From assembly GCF_964355755.1 (NCBI RefSeq), contig NC_092678.1, positions 24,445,365 through 24,509,364 of the forward strand: 64,000 nt of DNA. Reading direction: 5' to 3'. This document shows, in pieces, positions 48,101 to 58,200 of the stretch; position 1 is the first letter of the stretch, and the number at the start of each line of letters is the position of its first letter. Below the pieces are notes generated by a model, which ran no database searches, was not told the DNA's origin, and worked only from the letters and a program-made list of their open reading frames with translations. The translations under genes were made by a program, and so were the position numbers. Source of the stretch: Antedon mediterranea (lineage: Eukaryota; Animalia; Echinodermata).

Positions 48101-49576
48101 TAAAGTTGGTTATTGTTTTAAATCATGCGCAGTACTTATATTATTACAGAAAGATAAATATTACACTACCAAATTGCGTGACATCTTCAGACGTTTTATT
48201 TGTTCTCTTATTAATTTGTTGTCTAAAATAATTACAAATGACTTTAAATTTCGTGCTAGCGTGTGTAGCCAGCAGACGATTTCTGTGTTCTTATTGTCAC
48301 TGAACCAATTCTGACAAAAGTTGCATCTCCTATTTCCATCTACGTATCCGAATCATCTTCATTCTTGACTTCGCGGAGGTCTTTCCGCGAGATGATATCA
48401 ATACAAACGTTTGAAGATAGTTTCTAGTACATGCGTTTGTTTCAAGCCCTGGGGGGTGGCGGCATTCAGATATTAAATTGTCCTAATTAGTCAGTAAGGA
48501 TAGTGTTTAATTTCCCATTTGTCAAAGATATTTTCTGGGCGCGCTCAACAATACGTCATTAACAGAACGTGAGCGGTTTGATCTGAATTGTTTTATCATG
48601 AATCGTGACGATAAAAGATGTCAATTGATTCCCATTGTCGTATCTACTTGTAGTATTTATCGTCATGTATAGTATCGAGTTACGACAGAATTCTTACGTA
48701 CACAATTAACTAGAGAGACCGAGACATTTTGTAATCTCGTACAATCAATAAAGAATTACAATTGAGTTTTCTCAAATATCGTTGGAAGACAACTGAGCCT
48801 TGACCTACTGGTGTTTATTACAATGCGGCATTGTTTTCGTAATAATGCTCTTTTTTCGTGGAATCTCCCACGAAGCTATTTTGAGTACTGCTTTGCACGC
48901 AGCTTATCCGCTACATCCTTCACTAAATTTTTCTTAATCCTATTTTATAATCCTTAATATTTATAATCCTTCAAGTTTATCTGATTCTTGTTTAATATTT
49001 CTACAAACAATATATTTTACCATACAGCCAATTTTTTTTTTTAAATTAATTTTTGTAATAATTTTAATAATTTATATCTTATATTTTTTTTAGAACAATT
49101 ATTAAGGAAAGTACTTGGAAATGAGATTATTACATAAATAATAAAAATGATTTTTTATCTTATTTTACTTCAATTCAGGAAATTTTAAAGTAAATACAAA
49201 TCTTGTTGATAAAGTAGATAGTACAGGGTTGTTTAACAAAATAGCTCAAGGCGAACAAAATGCCAAATTGAGCCATTTCCCCCTCTAAGTGACGTCGCGT
49301 GAAGCTAAAACCACATACCCTCGGGAGATTTAACCAACCACAGCCCCTCAAGGATATAGGGTGCAAACTAGGGGCAAACACACCTATAGAATACAGATAC
49401 ATATAGAGGTTGTCATATTTTTGGCAATTCTTCTCATGTTTATTTGGATTTTCTGGAAAGTAATAATATTTTTTTTTATTGTTTTTCTAATTTTTGTCTT
49501 TCAGGAAAAGAAAGGGCCGTTACTAGATTCAGAGAAATTATTACTACGAGGCGAAGAACGTAAATGGGTTAACTAG
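9408..49576 (+). CDS. MCM10: DNA replication factor MCM10; 18 coding exons, about 928 aa
   Basis: Exons 9408-9654, 10117-10326, 10702-10893, 11255-11606, 11888-12050, 13196-13354, 13717-13844, 17199-17279, 21389-21478, 21820-21990, 22758-22828, 23819-24087, 24175-24325, 24452-24576, 25476-25589, 28529-28677, 34794-34836, 49505-49576; total 2787 nt, phases consistent. Motifs: N-terminal DLDVLTSLL and coiled coil; OB fold WVTCGVI / FSIWKMSDL / SLFLFGKVH / WKTQEGSVIGILNA; CCCH finger CKAKKKSGQPC...CEYCKFH; C-terminal zinc motifs; end EKKGP...LLLRGEE. Confidence 0.95.
9764..9947. mobile_element. MITE with GGC(T/C)AATTTACACAGA inverted ends
   Basis: GGCTAATTTACACAGAC...ATCTGTGTAAATTGGCC. Confidence 0.65.
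10117..10326 (+). CDS. MCM10: MCM10 coding exon 2 (coiled coil)
   Basis: EMEKMKRRMQELESQLK...; ttctag / GTAAGT. Confidence 0.88.
10435..10549. mobile_element. MITE family B partial copy
   Basis: TTGACCAATCACA...CATTGGCCAA...CTACTGGGAACCAAGCT-TTA. Confidence 0.6.
10702..10893 (+). CDS. MCM10: MCM10 coding exon 3 (acidic linker)
   Basis: GITSEDLFGCDDDW...LQEK; ttgtag / GTATGA; phase 1-1. Confidence 0.8.
11255..11606 (+). CDS. MCM10: MCM10 coding exon 4 (two C2H2 zinc fingers, then start of the internal domain)
   Basis: acag acceptor in phase 1; YKCSLC-x12-HQFQH and HECKNC-x12-HLRSH; ends ETDGFSQIRIV; donor GTAAGT at 11607. Confidence 0.82.
11888..12050 (+). CDS. MCM10: MCM10 coding exon 5 (OB fold)
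   Basis: NPLISSSTF...GNWVTCGVIISKTPPKTSAK; ttttcag / GTAAGT. Confidence 0.93.
13196..13354 (+). CDS. MCM10: MCM10 coding exon 6 (OB fold)
   Basis: GKLFSIWKMSDL...SLFLFGKVHEEHWKTQEGSVIGILNA; tttag / GTAAGT. Confidence 0.95.
13717..13844 (+). CDS. MCM10: MCM10 coding exon 7
   Basis: SSDEISLTVDNHQKLLLLGRSKDIGFCKAKKKSGQPCGNFVN; ttttaag / GTAAGT. Confidence 0.93.
13972..14375. repeat. 55-bp minisatellite, about 7 copies
   Basis: CTCCAGAGTTTAACACACATCACGGCGTCAACACATGCGTTTTATGGGGTGCAAC. Confidence 0.93.
15871..15998. mobile_element. MITE family A partial copy
   Basis: GATGTGCCCATATATGGACATGATGATGTCATATCACTACC...TTTGATAGTGTAGACAG. Confidence 0.75.
16043..16296. repeat. 21-bp minisatellite, 12 copies
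   Basis: CAGTAATCTTGATGTGAGGTG. Confidence 0.97.
16947..17110. mobile_element. MITE family A full copy with TAA target-site duplication (PIF/Harbinger-like)
   Basis: TAA-AGCTCTGT...ACAGAGCT-TAA. Confidence 0.85.
17199..17279 (+). CDS. MCM10: MCM10 coding exon 8
   Basis: HSCEYCKFHVQKEYQKMTSKRAELQS; tttcag / GTAAGT. Confidence 0.93.
18160..18230 (-). mobile_element. tRNA-derived SINE head
   Basis: Reverse strand TGGCGCAGCGG (A box) and GAGTTCAAGATCG (B-box-like); no intact cloverleaf. Confidence 0.45.
18669..18856. mobile_element. Near-perfect palindromic (foldback) element, about 190 bp
   Basis: GGTTAAATATAAGATTTGACATCCCCGAGGGAATG pairs with CATTCCCTCGGGGACGTCAAATCTTATATTTAACC; short central loop. 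Confidence 0.8.
20908..21133. repeat. 25-bp minisatellite, 9 copies, each with CCATATATGG
   Basis: ATTTACCATATATGGCATAGTTTTT. Confidence 0.97.
21389..21478 (+). CDS. MCM10: MCM10 coding exon 9
   Basis: YAGVQPKANWKGLNKDQFMYGGKSF; tgtag / GTTTGT. Confidence 0.88.
21820..21990 (+). CDS. MCM10: MCM10 coding exon 10
   Basis: GKFAKKSSQSKLTVTSLG...GGVSSE; tttttag / GTACGT. Confidence 0.85.
22008..22712. repeat. 45-bp minisatellite, about 15-16 copies, filling MCM10 intron 10
   Basis: CTGTAGTCTTGTGTTTGTTAGCACCCTACCAACCTAGCTAGTTCT. Confidence 0.97.
22758..22828 (+). CDS. MCM10: MCM10 coding exon 11
   Basis: FKGLLNAPTPGAQNVLRHLVKAEK (conserved PTxGA.N..HL motif); ttttcag / GTAAGT. Confidence 0.9.
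23819..24087 (+). CDS. MCM10: MCM10 coding exon 12
   Basis: ISVSAKDLLKQHK...PQLGRGF...EEAK; ttccag / GTAAAA. Confidence 0.9.
24175..24325 (+). CDS. MCM10: MCM10 coding exon 13
   Basis: RQAVAVIRAKGELSKTNPNK...; tttttag / GTTGGT. Confidence 0.9.
24452..24576 (+). CDS. MCM10: MCM10 coding exon 14 (GC donor)
   Basis: ESPGSSKPKKRIILG...IAKTKSLNASLLSQ; ttttag / GCAAGT. Confidence 0.85.
24866..25001. mobile_element. MITE family C degenerate copy
   Basis: TA-CAGTCGACTCCCCTAATA...TGTCCGGTTTTGGGAGAGTT. Confidence 0.7.
25476..25589 (+). CDS. MCM10: MCM10 coding exon 15
   Basis: FELEMQEEYFKKMEVKEGMEKMMDSVKEKEVNIVSCKQ; ttacag / GTATTT. Confidence 0.93.
27121..27382 (+). mobile_element. tRNA-derived SINE with Deu/Nin-domain-like core
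   Basis: A box TGGCCGAGTGG, B box GGTTCAATGC; core TCGGATAAGGACTATAAACCG...TAAAGAACCTAG; (TAAA)n tail; second copy at 28182. Confidence 0.75.
27850..28490. repeat. About 125-bp tandem triplication interrupted by a SINE
   Basis: AAACCATTCC..AAGATATTCACCACCCAGAAG...TCTCCCAACAGG x3. Confidence 0.85.
28182..28445 (+). mobile_element. 5'-truncated copy of the same SINE, inserted in a tandem repeat
   Basis: Clear similarity to 27159-27358; includes TAGGGGGTTACCCCGGTGT. Confidence 0.75.
28529..28677 (+). CDS. MCM10: MCM10 coding exon 16 (C-terminal zinc motifs)
   Basis: CKYTWFKASDLCKKENHQLKWHEGKQRFFTCKDCKTRCITFDRIPNKSC; tttag / GTAAGC. Confidence 0.95.
28760..28945. mobile_element. MITE family C (Tc1/mariner-pogo-like), full copy
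   Basis: TA-CAGTCAATTCTCCCAATACC...GGTATTGGGAGAGTTGACTG-TA. Confidence 0.85.
30199..30310. repeat. 37-bp tandem repeat x3
   Basis: TGAGTACATCAACACTAGGGGTAGATATCTTGCATTG. Confidence 0.93.
34794..34836 (+). CDS. MCM10: MCM10 coding exon 17
   Basis: HCKGTHFERASMLK; ttttacag / GTGAGA; supplies the last Cys of the CCCC motif. Confidence 0.9.
36136..36312 (+). mobile_element. Probable SINE 3' portion
   Basis: GC-rich block in an AT-rich intron ending in a CCTTTACCTTTTA tail. Confidence 0.4.
36859..36977 (+). mobile_element. tRNA-derived SINE head with a triplicated 24-bp B-box unit
   Basis: GGGTTCAATCCTGACCTAGTGCC(T) x3 after GGTGCTTGCCTTCTAATCCCAAGGTCC. Confidence 0.55.
38833..38900 (-). mobile_element. 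tRNA-derived SINE head
   Basis: Reverse strand TGGCTTGGTGGTTATGATGC...GGATTCAAGTCTCG. Confidence 0.45.
39680..39935 (-). mobile_element. Degraded hAT-superfamily transposase fragment
   Basis: Minus-strand translation NIHCISH*KNIAC...QHLYKFDSTKRK resembles the hAT HCxxHxLNLAC and LYxFFxxSxKR motifs; contains stops. Confidence 0.5.
41548..41800. repeat. About 87-bp tandem repeat x3
   Basis: ATGGGTACGGAGCTGA...AACATTATAGAACTTA. Confidence 0.9.
41919..42065. mobile_element. MITE family A copy
   Basis: AGCTCTGTCTAAACTATCAAAC...GTGTATATAGAGCT. Confidence 0.8.
43277..43342 (+). mobile_element. tRNA-derived SINE head fragment
   Basis: TGGTTAGCAGTCTGG...GGGTTCGAGTCAC (B box). Confidence 0.45.
44451..44727. 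repeat. 21-bp minisatellite, about 13 copies
   Basis: CTATCAGAGTTAAATTTCAGT. Confidence 0.95.
45010..45610. repeat. Degenerate 22-25-bp minisatellite
   Basis: TTATATAATCCAGGGTCCTTAA variants. Confidence 0.92.
45996..46290. repeat. About 41-bp pyrimidine-rich minisatellite, about 7 copies
   Basis: CCCTCCTCCATATGTGTTTCTTATCTCTCTCCCTTCC. Confidence 0.93.
47384..47543. mobile_element. MITE family C degenerate copy
   Basis: CAGTAAACTCTTCCAATA...GTGTCCGATATTGGGAGAGTTGACAG-TA. Confidence 0.7.
49505..49576 (+). CDS. MCM10: MCM10 coding exon 18 (terminal)
   Basis: ttttcag; EKKGPLLDSEKLLLRGEERKWVN-TAG matches the conserved MCM10 C-terminus. Confidence 0.92.
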   Translation, partial: EKKGPLLDSEKLLLRGEERKWVN

Positions 49577-49964
49577 TGTACCTTGCCTTGCAGTAAGTAG
49601 TACCCTCCAGCTATTATTACTGTATTTTTCTACACTGCACAACATACCTAGTTCACCTTAAAAAAATATCTTATAAATAATTATCAAACAACTGATAGTA
49701 ATCATTGATATTATTAACAATATTTTGATCATGACAAACGGTGTCTTCAATCAAAATACATAATCATTGTGAAAGGTAATTTCAGACTACAGACACAAGA
49801 ATTTAAAAAGTGTTGGAATGTTTAATTGTAAAAGTGATTCCTTAATTTTATTTTTGAGAAGATAAAAAAATGGTTAGTAAGTGAATGATGATAGTTACAT
49901 ATTTAGATTAAGATTTATACGTAGAGTATATACTTATTGTGTGTTTACTTTTTGATTATGTTTG

Positions 49965-50072
49965 AATAAATTACTTGTGGCTAATCCAAAAACTTGAAAA
50001 TTCCCTTAGTAATTATTGATCTATAAAACAGTGGTGGAATTACAAATTCAAACTGATAAGTTGCGAAATAAA
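49965..50072 (+). terminator. Candidate polyadenylation signals of MCM10
   Basis: AATAAA at 49965 and 50067. Confidence 0.4.
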
Positions 50073-51604
50073 AATCTATAAACTGAAATTATATTTACAA
50101 ATTACAATATAAAAATTGACAGTATAGTGAATTGAAATTTTAAAAAGTGATTAAAAATTACAAAAAGTCATGAAAAGTTTATATTTGTAAGGAACATTGC
50201 ATGATGCAGAAGCAAAAGATATTTTACATACAAAGTATTTACCACTACAACTGATTTGGACATTTTCAAGAAAAAGTCTTTTCTGTGTTTTTACTATTTT
50301 ACCTATTTTTATCAATTTTAATATCAAAAATTTGTCGACGTTTTATACAAATCATTTAAAGAAATTGAAAATCAAGAGTATTATTATTAGCTATTGCGAG
50401 ATTAAAGTCCCTTCGGCTATTGACCTGTCTGCCTCGCACACGACATTCAACCACTCCTACTAAATATTTAACATTCACAATGGCTTATCTTTAAACTGAA
50501 ATAAATTGCCTTTTGTGGGTGTTTAATGACTATTTATACGGATTAATATCTACTACAATACAGTTACCTCCACGGCGAAATAGTTACCACGAAAATGTGC
50601 AGTTGTTTAAACCTTTGTTATACAAAATATTACATAAAATGAAATCAAGTCAACTGAACTGAGGTAATTGGTTGAATGATTTACATAAATGACATAAAGT
50701 TATTTGAGTTTTGTGCATGCCTTGAAAAGTAGGACCATTTATGAACTGAAGAATATAAATAAAGGAAGGTAAAGTATTTACATTATATAAATTTGTCAAT
50801 AACACGAAAATCAAAGAAAAATATTTTCTTTACAACAAGCAATTGAAACGAAAAAATGTACAGTTAATTGAAATGTTTAAAATAAAAATGTATATCAATT
50901 TATTTCTGTCTCATAGATTTTGGAAGTTTATAATTTGATGTGATTCAGGCATTTTTTTCTATTATTTTTTTTAATTAATATGTTGGTTGCCACAAGCTTT
51001 TAAGATAACTCCTTTCACTTATTTTGCAGTCGCACCAGTTATCAAAAACAATCAAATTATACAAGAAGAAAATATTAGCTATCCTATGTATTGTCTACTA
51101 TTGTCTCTACGTCCCCCCACCCCACCCCCCAACCAATTTTTGTGGTCATGGCATATTTTATTACAATATTTTTAGTTCTATTTTAAGTTCATATTAGTAT
51201 AAAGTACCTTTGCAGGCCAGTGCACACTTTGTCATTATAATTGGTATAAACTTATCTTCGTCAATATCTATTATATTTGCAACTTTATTGAAAAGCAGAT
51301 TTTTGCGAGGTGGGAGTTCGTTACCCGGACACAGTCTATTAATTGCTTCTCATTGTAAATACAATTCTCACAAATTGTAATCTTAAATCGCTGAATATTT
51401 TTGGCTAATTATAAGATAGTCATCTTAGGGTCTGGAATGGTATTTTAAGGCATGAACAATGTCATTGAACTAAGTACAGTACTATAAAGTCTGATACACA
51501 ATTTTGTTTCTCAATAAATACATAAAGTAAACAATTTATTTGCAATCGTTTTTTTTACATAAAATCACTTTGCGCTACAGAATATTTTTTAAGGAAAATG
51601 TAAC

Positions 51605-52000
51605 ACAATTAAGAGATGATCAATGAAATATCTCGGACACACAATTTTGAAAGGAGACATACAACTGCTGACACTATGAGGAAAAGTAGATGGAAGAAGA
51701 AGTTTAAAATATCTCTACAATCAATTACACTCAGCTCACCAACAACAAGTTCATTCAAACTGCATATACCAGTAAACTGTGAAGAGCAGTGGTCATCAAC
51801 TTCTGCAACCAGACATGACGACAAAAGAAGCTGTTATATAGAAGGACAGATTATTAACTGTTGACATATTTCTACAATCAATAACACCCAGCTCACTAAC
51901 AACCATTGCATTCAAACTGCATACAACAGAGGAACTCTAGAGAACAATGGTCATCAGCATCTGCAACCAGACAGGATGCCAGAAGAAGAAGTAGCACACT
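51605..52000 (+). mobile_element. RTE-clade LINE 3'-end remnant with a tandem duplicate of the terminal segment
   Basis: MKYLGHTILKGDIQLLTL*GKVDGRRS, then TNNKFIQTAY..L*RAVVINFCN and an (AGA)n tail; about 51712-51830 is repeated at about 51868-51992. Confidence 0.65.
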
Positions 52001-52796
52001 CTGCAATTGATATCTGGTAGAAAAGAAAATTCATTCACAATAAACTTTCCTAACATCGTCATCCATGCATTGTGGCTCAAAGCGTCTTGTGAATGCTGTC
52101 GTTGTCGTTGAATGTGGGCCATTTCTTCACAAAATAAAGCAATTAAAACATCATCACACAAACTACATCTTTTTCCATTCAAGTAATCTCATTCCTAAAA
52201 ATAGATGAAAACACTTGAAATAATGTGGAGCACTGAGGCAATGATTGAAGGGGTAAATCCTGTCGACCCCTACAATGACATATCTGTTTGCTGGCCTTGT
52301 GACTCTTAAAGTTAAGTTGTCTGGGTCAATATTACATTAGTGACTTTATTAATGTCAAATAAATGTCAAAAACACAACAAAAAAAGAACTGGAAATGATG
52401 TTCTGTTCCAAGCATACCTCTGAAAACTTTTTTCTCTTAAAAAATTGTAATGGATGTTTTTCCACAATACATTGTTGTTTTGTTCTAAAACTTAGTACCA
52501 ATTTGAAATGATTTAAAAGCTAAGTAAGTACTGTTTTGTTCTAATTTAACACTTATTAAAAGAGAACTGGTATCAACGACAGGTTACATGAGTTGGTGCC
52601 AATGTGTGTGACATAAATGTGGAGGTGACATGAATGTAGTGATTTGATTGACTACTTATAAAACCTTGTCACATATTTAAATGTTTTTTAACATTGCAGT
52701 CAGTAACAAATCAACAAGCAAACATTCCTGGTTGGTTCGGAGAGTTTCGAAAGTTTTAATTTTTTAACTATTTCTATTTATACTATTCATGTTTTG

Positions 52797-52860
52797 GTAG
52801 CCCTGTGGTTAGTTGCTTAGCCAGTTTGTAGCCCTGTGGTTAGTTGCTTAGCCAGTTTGT
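52797..52860. repeat. 31-bp tandem duplication
   Basis: GTAGCCCTGTGGTTAGTTGCTTAGCCAGTTT x2. Confidence 0.9.
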
Positions 52861-53954
52861 CTGTTAATTTATTATATTTATATGTTATTTTTTTAATCTG
52901 TAATAGCTAAGTCAGTGGGTCTACCACAGAATAGTAATCTCTTTATCAAACTAAATCTAGTAATGTTGCATTCCTCAGAGAGTTAATGAATGTTAAATGT
53001 TGTATGACAGATCAAACATTATTACTTAAAATATCAAGATTGATAGCTGACACACATGTGTTTCAGGTAAAACCCCCTTCTTTCATGAACTTTGTAAATT
53101 TGTAACCAGGCTTAAGTTCATGATTAAAGTCAAGTGGTTGTTGGTATCCTGGGGTAGTGTATGCATCTTAAGTCATGTATTAGAGTATACTTTCTGACAT
53201 GTGATACACTCATCCGTTGTATGAATAATTTGTTAGTCCCCCAAAGTCTTAAAATGGTTCTATCATGAGAAAATGGAAAAGGTTGCAGCCAGATTGTTGT
53301 AAAACATAAAGAAAAAAAAACTAGGCAAATCACCAGAATATGGTAATCACCAAAATAGACCTTCACATCAACTTATAACATGCTCAGGGACATTAAAAAA
53401 GTGAACCTTTAAAATTGATTACATTAGGCACCTTGTTTTAATATTTGACATTCCGTCATTGTTAATTTGCATAGTTTTGTGACGTCATCCATTTCATGCC
53501 TTGTTATTCTTTACGCAATTGTGTTCACTCAACACGCGTCGATTGACAGAAGCTATTATCGTCGTAACGAATCATTCGTATATCTGACGTTTCAAACATT
53601 TCGATTTTCATTTTTAACTGAAAGATAACACAGCTGTTTTGCACCTTTTTGCATGTAATTCGTTAGCCCAAACCGGAAATCTCAATGCTACACTTTGCGT
53701 TTCTTTCATCAACTGTTTCTTCCGGAAAGAATGAAACGCAATGGCATCATTCGTCACCTTCACTTGGCCTTTTGACGCATTCTCGTTACACAATGCGTTT
53801 AACATCGATTTTGTAATGCAATCAAATATGAAGCAACAAAATAAATCAATGTGTGTTTTATTTTTAGTAGGTAGATACTACTATAGTGTGCGTATCATAA
53901 ATAATATGATTTGGTGTTTTAACCAGTATTAATTATTTCCTATTTCTTGAATTA

Positions 53955-54008
53955 ACATTGACAAAAATAAGTGTGATGTGCCTAAATATGGTAGTGATAT
54001 GAAATCAT
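53955..54008. mobile_element. MITE family A internal fragment
   Basis: GTGTGATGTGCCTAAATATGGTAGTGATATGA. Confidence 0.6.
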
Positions 54009-57000
54009 TAAATAGGGAGGTGTTAGACCAACTAATTTACCCCTGAGCCATGTGGTAGATTTTTTGGTGAAATTCATACATTTTCCACGTTACCTTTTCG
54101 CCAATATTCGGACAACTTTTTCGGGGCTCAGTTCCGACGATAGTACGACATGACACCCTTATATCTGTAACTAATAGTATATTATACCCAAATAGTTTGA
54201 CGAAGGAGATAGGAAATCTGGTATTAATAGTATAAAAGCGCCGGTTATAGACTTTAATCCTAACAGTTTTAATAGTATAAAGTACAAGTCATTGGTATGT
54301 ATCGGTGGTTTTTTTTTGTTCCACACAAATACATAGGAATGTATTCTAAATTAACTCTCTTTAAGTAACAACTTTTTCGTTTTCAAATAATAATCGTTGT
54401 ATTTTTATCACTAATATTATCACCATAATTTGAACGCGTGCATGCGCGCACTGATGCTGTTACGGACAACGCATCTCCTGCAGGTTTCTAAACTACAGAG
54501 CCACATAAATTTACAAATTCTTAGGAATTAAAGTTAATTGATATATTTTTGACATTAAGGTATCTCTATTAACTTTCTTCATTCATTAATAGATTAATGA
54601 TTTAAAAAGTTAATTGTTATAGATTATTATGGTCAGTATATCTGATTAGCCTTCCTTTATTAGGCAACACGACGACCACAAAAATGCAAACGCCCCGAAA
54701 AAAACTCGATCACACGCGATGTAAGATGTATAATACGTCTGGCTATTAACGTCCATTTAACGCTTAATCAGACTTAGCTAAAACTAATATGCCATGACAT
54801 CTCATTAGTAAGCAGATTTTTTTTGCTTAATTTGGTCTGTTCAAAAGCACTGTGATATTTCATGTTTTCGCCTATTAACAAGCTATTACTCAATTCTAGT
54901 CATCTACATATAGGGTGTTAGTATTGCTACTTGCAATTGCGCTACTTGCCGTAATTATTTTTCAGAAAAGTTGTGTGCGTCGTCCAAATCGGATGGCGTG
55001 CGCGCTGGTCATTGATACCAAGGATAATGGATTTAATATCATTCTCCGGCCATCGGACGACAACAATACGATATCAATACGATAACAATGCACTCAATCT
55101 GCAATTGTTTATCGCGTGTGGACTAATAACAAAAACAATAATATAGTTAACAATACCATGCTAATAGAACTACTGGTTAGGCCTACTTGGTATAGTACAG
55201 ATAATCTCTGTTTCTCCCTTTCGAAGACAAACGTTAACGTTAAAGACATTTAATGATTTATGCGTGTGCGCGTCAACAACACGTATTGCGCGCGCTCACC
55301 AAATTAAATTCGAAATTCGATCACCCAAGAGCAAAAATAACTAGATTAGATTAGATACAAACTAATATTTTAAGTTATTTTCGACTTGATACATACCAGT
55401 AATAAACAATTTATTTGTATTGGTTTTTTTTCTTTAGGGTGGGTTTAAAAATAGAACACGAATTACTTAATGTGAAACTGGGTCAACACTAAGCATGGAT
55501 TAGGAATCAGTAACCCACCCACGCGCGCTTCGTTCATATTAATTTTTAAAATAATATTTCACGTTGTAATTTGAAATCAAGATATTGTTTTGATTCAATT
55601 TGTAAATGAAAAAAAAATCAGTACACAGAAAAAAATAAATACACAGACAGATATTAATTGTATGGAGAAAAAATAATTTATTTACAACAAAATATATTAT
55701 TATTAATTTACTTTCATAATTTAATAATTGAATTGAATTATTATTGACTTCGTATACGCAACGTTATAATGATAATAAGCTTGTTAAGTGTTAGGAATAG
55801 GAATGCATCATACATCATTAATGATGCATCATTCATCATGCACATTTGGCGCGCCATAGCTAAACTTTATTATCCTGAACAAAAGCAAAAAAACGGATAA
55901 ATAGTTAATTAGGGTCTAAAATATTTATAAATACAAGTTCGAATTCTTAACAATCACAAATACTTGACTTTTACAATAATTCCTACAAATAATAGAAAAT
56001 TAGTTTTTTTAATCAAATAAAACGGAAAAAAGTTAATAACGATCGACTGGGTACGAATATTTGTATCAATTATGGTTGATATACAATGCGAATATTTGAA
56101 GCCTTTGTTGGTGCTTATATAGAAAGGTATTTGTAGTATGTGTCTGCGTGCTGTTGAAATTAATAATCTGTAAATATATAGTATTGTAAGTCAGGTTATT
56201 ACACCGGTTGAGAGAAAGAGATGTTTAACTGCTATGATTCGACACGAGTCTCTATTATCCAGAGTTACTGACTCCGATGAACAATTTAAGCAATGACGTC
56301 GAACATAGCTTGGAATGGAGTAACACCCACAATAAAAACAAACAATTAAATCACTGAAATTAATCCAGTTATCATTAGTTCATTTCCCATAGTGCATTGT
56401 TCATTTGGTCTTTATGTTATCTAGTAATTGTCAAAGTTTCTTCATCAAACTAACATACATTAAAATAGTATTATTTATGATTGCCATCCACTTCTAACAA
56501 ACCGCAAATCGAGAAAAAAATCGTTGCGTACGTGGATAAAATATTCGATATTATTTTTATTACTCAATTTCGTTTGTTTATTAAATGCGTTTGCAGAATA
56601 ACCTTTCGACCCGACAGTTGCGTAGTAGCTTGGCGCACGCGCATCGTGAAAACGATAACTGATGACGATTTCGACGCGTATAAAATGCATTGCATTTGTA
56701 ATAATGTAGATACATCAATGATTACAAACGTTTATTATCGCCGGTGTTGTTTGAAGTAAACGTCAAACGTAATAATCTACAATGGAGCGCAATATATAAA
56801 AAAGCGACTGATGCATCGTAGACTATTTACCCTTTGTGATAATAGCATTCTTTCTTAAGTTTTCTTTCTAAAGGAACCTGACAAATAGATATATATAAAC
56901 TTGTCTATAATCTGTATTTTACGAGATATGTGATTGTAATCGGGCATTTATTGAGTATGATAGTAAACACCCATGACATTTTATTTCTTGTACGTCTGAC

Positions 57001-57199
57001 ATTTTAGGTGGCATCATACAAACAGAATAATAAAACACAATCATTCATTCATTCCTCTTTCGAGGGCTAATGTTATTGTCTCGTTATCTCATTTTATTAG
57101 CAGAACTCGTATCATATTGTAAAAGAGACTTTATTCTTCATTTTCTAATCTTTATTTCTAATACTTTATTACTTTCAATCTAATCTTCTGATTTTCATG

Positions 57200-57572
57200 T
57201 AATCTTCTGATGAAGATCATCATTTTAAATTCAATCTTCTGATGAAGATCATCTTTTTCAATTCAATCTTCTGATGAAGATCATCATCATCATTTTCAAT
57301 TCAATCTTCTGATGAAGATCATCGTTATCATTTTAATTCAGTCTTCTGATGAAGATCATCATTATCATTTTTAATTCAGTCTTCTGATGGAGATCATCAT
57401 CATCATTTTCAATTCAATCTTCTGATGAAGATCATCATCATCATTTTCAATTCAATATTCTGAGGAAGATTATCATTATCATTTTTAATTCAATCTTCTG
57501 ATGAAGATTATCATTATCATTTTTAATTCAATCTGTTGAAGAAGATCATTATCATCATTTTCAATTCAATCT
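57200..57572. repeat. About 33-39-bp minisatellite
   Basis: AATCTTCTGATGAAGATCATC(ATC)nTTTTCAATTC. Confidence 0.93.
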
Positions 57573-58200
57573 TGATAGGCTAGGATACTGTAGTGATTAG
57601 ACCCTGGACATCTAGGACTCTACATTTGTTGTAATTTAAAAAGTGTAAAATCGTTTCATCTTCTGGAAAATTTGAAGCGAAACACGCGCCAAATCTGGAA
57701 ACATTTACTTGCCAAAAAGAACACACATGTCGCATATCAATTATACAACGCAGAACTTACTTCTCCCTGATTATACTATTTAATGATTGATTAGTTCATT
57801 TTCTACGTGATGTGACAATAAGTGTTGAATTCAACACCATAAATGGTTCTATCATAGATACCTGTATAAGATAGTTGAATTTAAATTCAATCCTTTTTTG
57901 GACTTCTGTTGTTATTTTGCAGCAGCATCTGTTGTGCACTGTAGTAATTAGTCATAGGTTCTTCATCCTTGTTTATCCACAGAAAAAAAGACAATTATTG
58001 TAGGCGTATTGAAGAGAATTGTTTTGTTCGTTTGTTATCCAACTACTAATAACAAACAATTCAACAATCAATTTTCAATTATATCTAAATGCTGTTTATT
58101 ACTTAAATGATATTTACTGGATTAATTAGTATAACATGTGAGATAATAAATACAACTATGAATCCGGTAACTTTATCTATAGACAAACAATATTATATTG

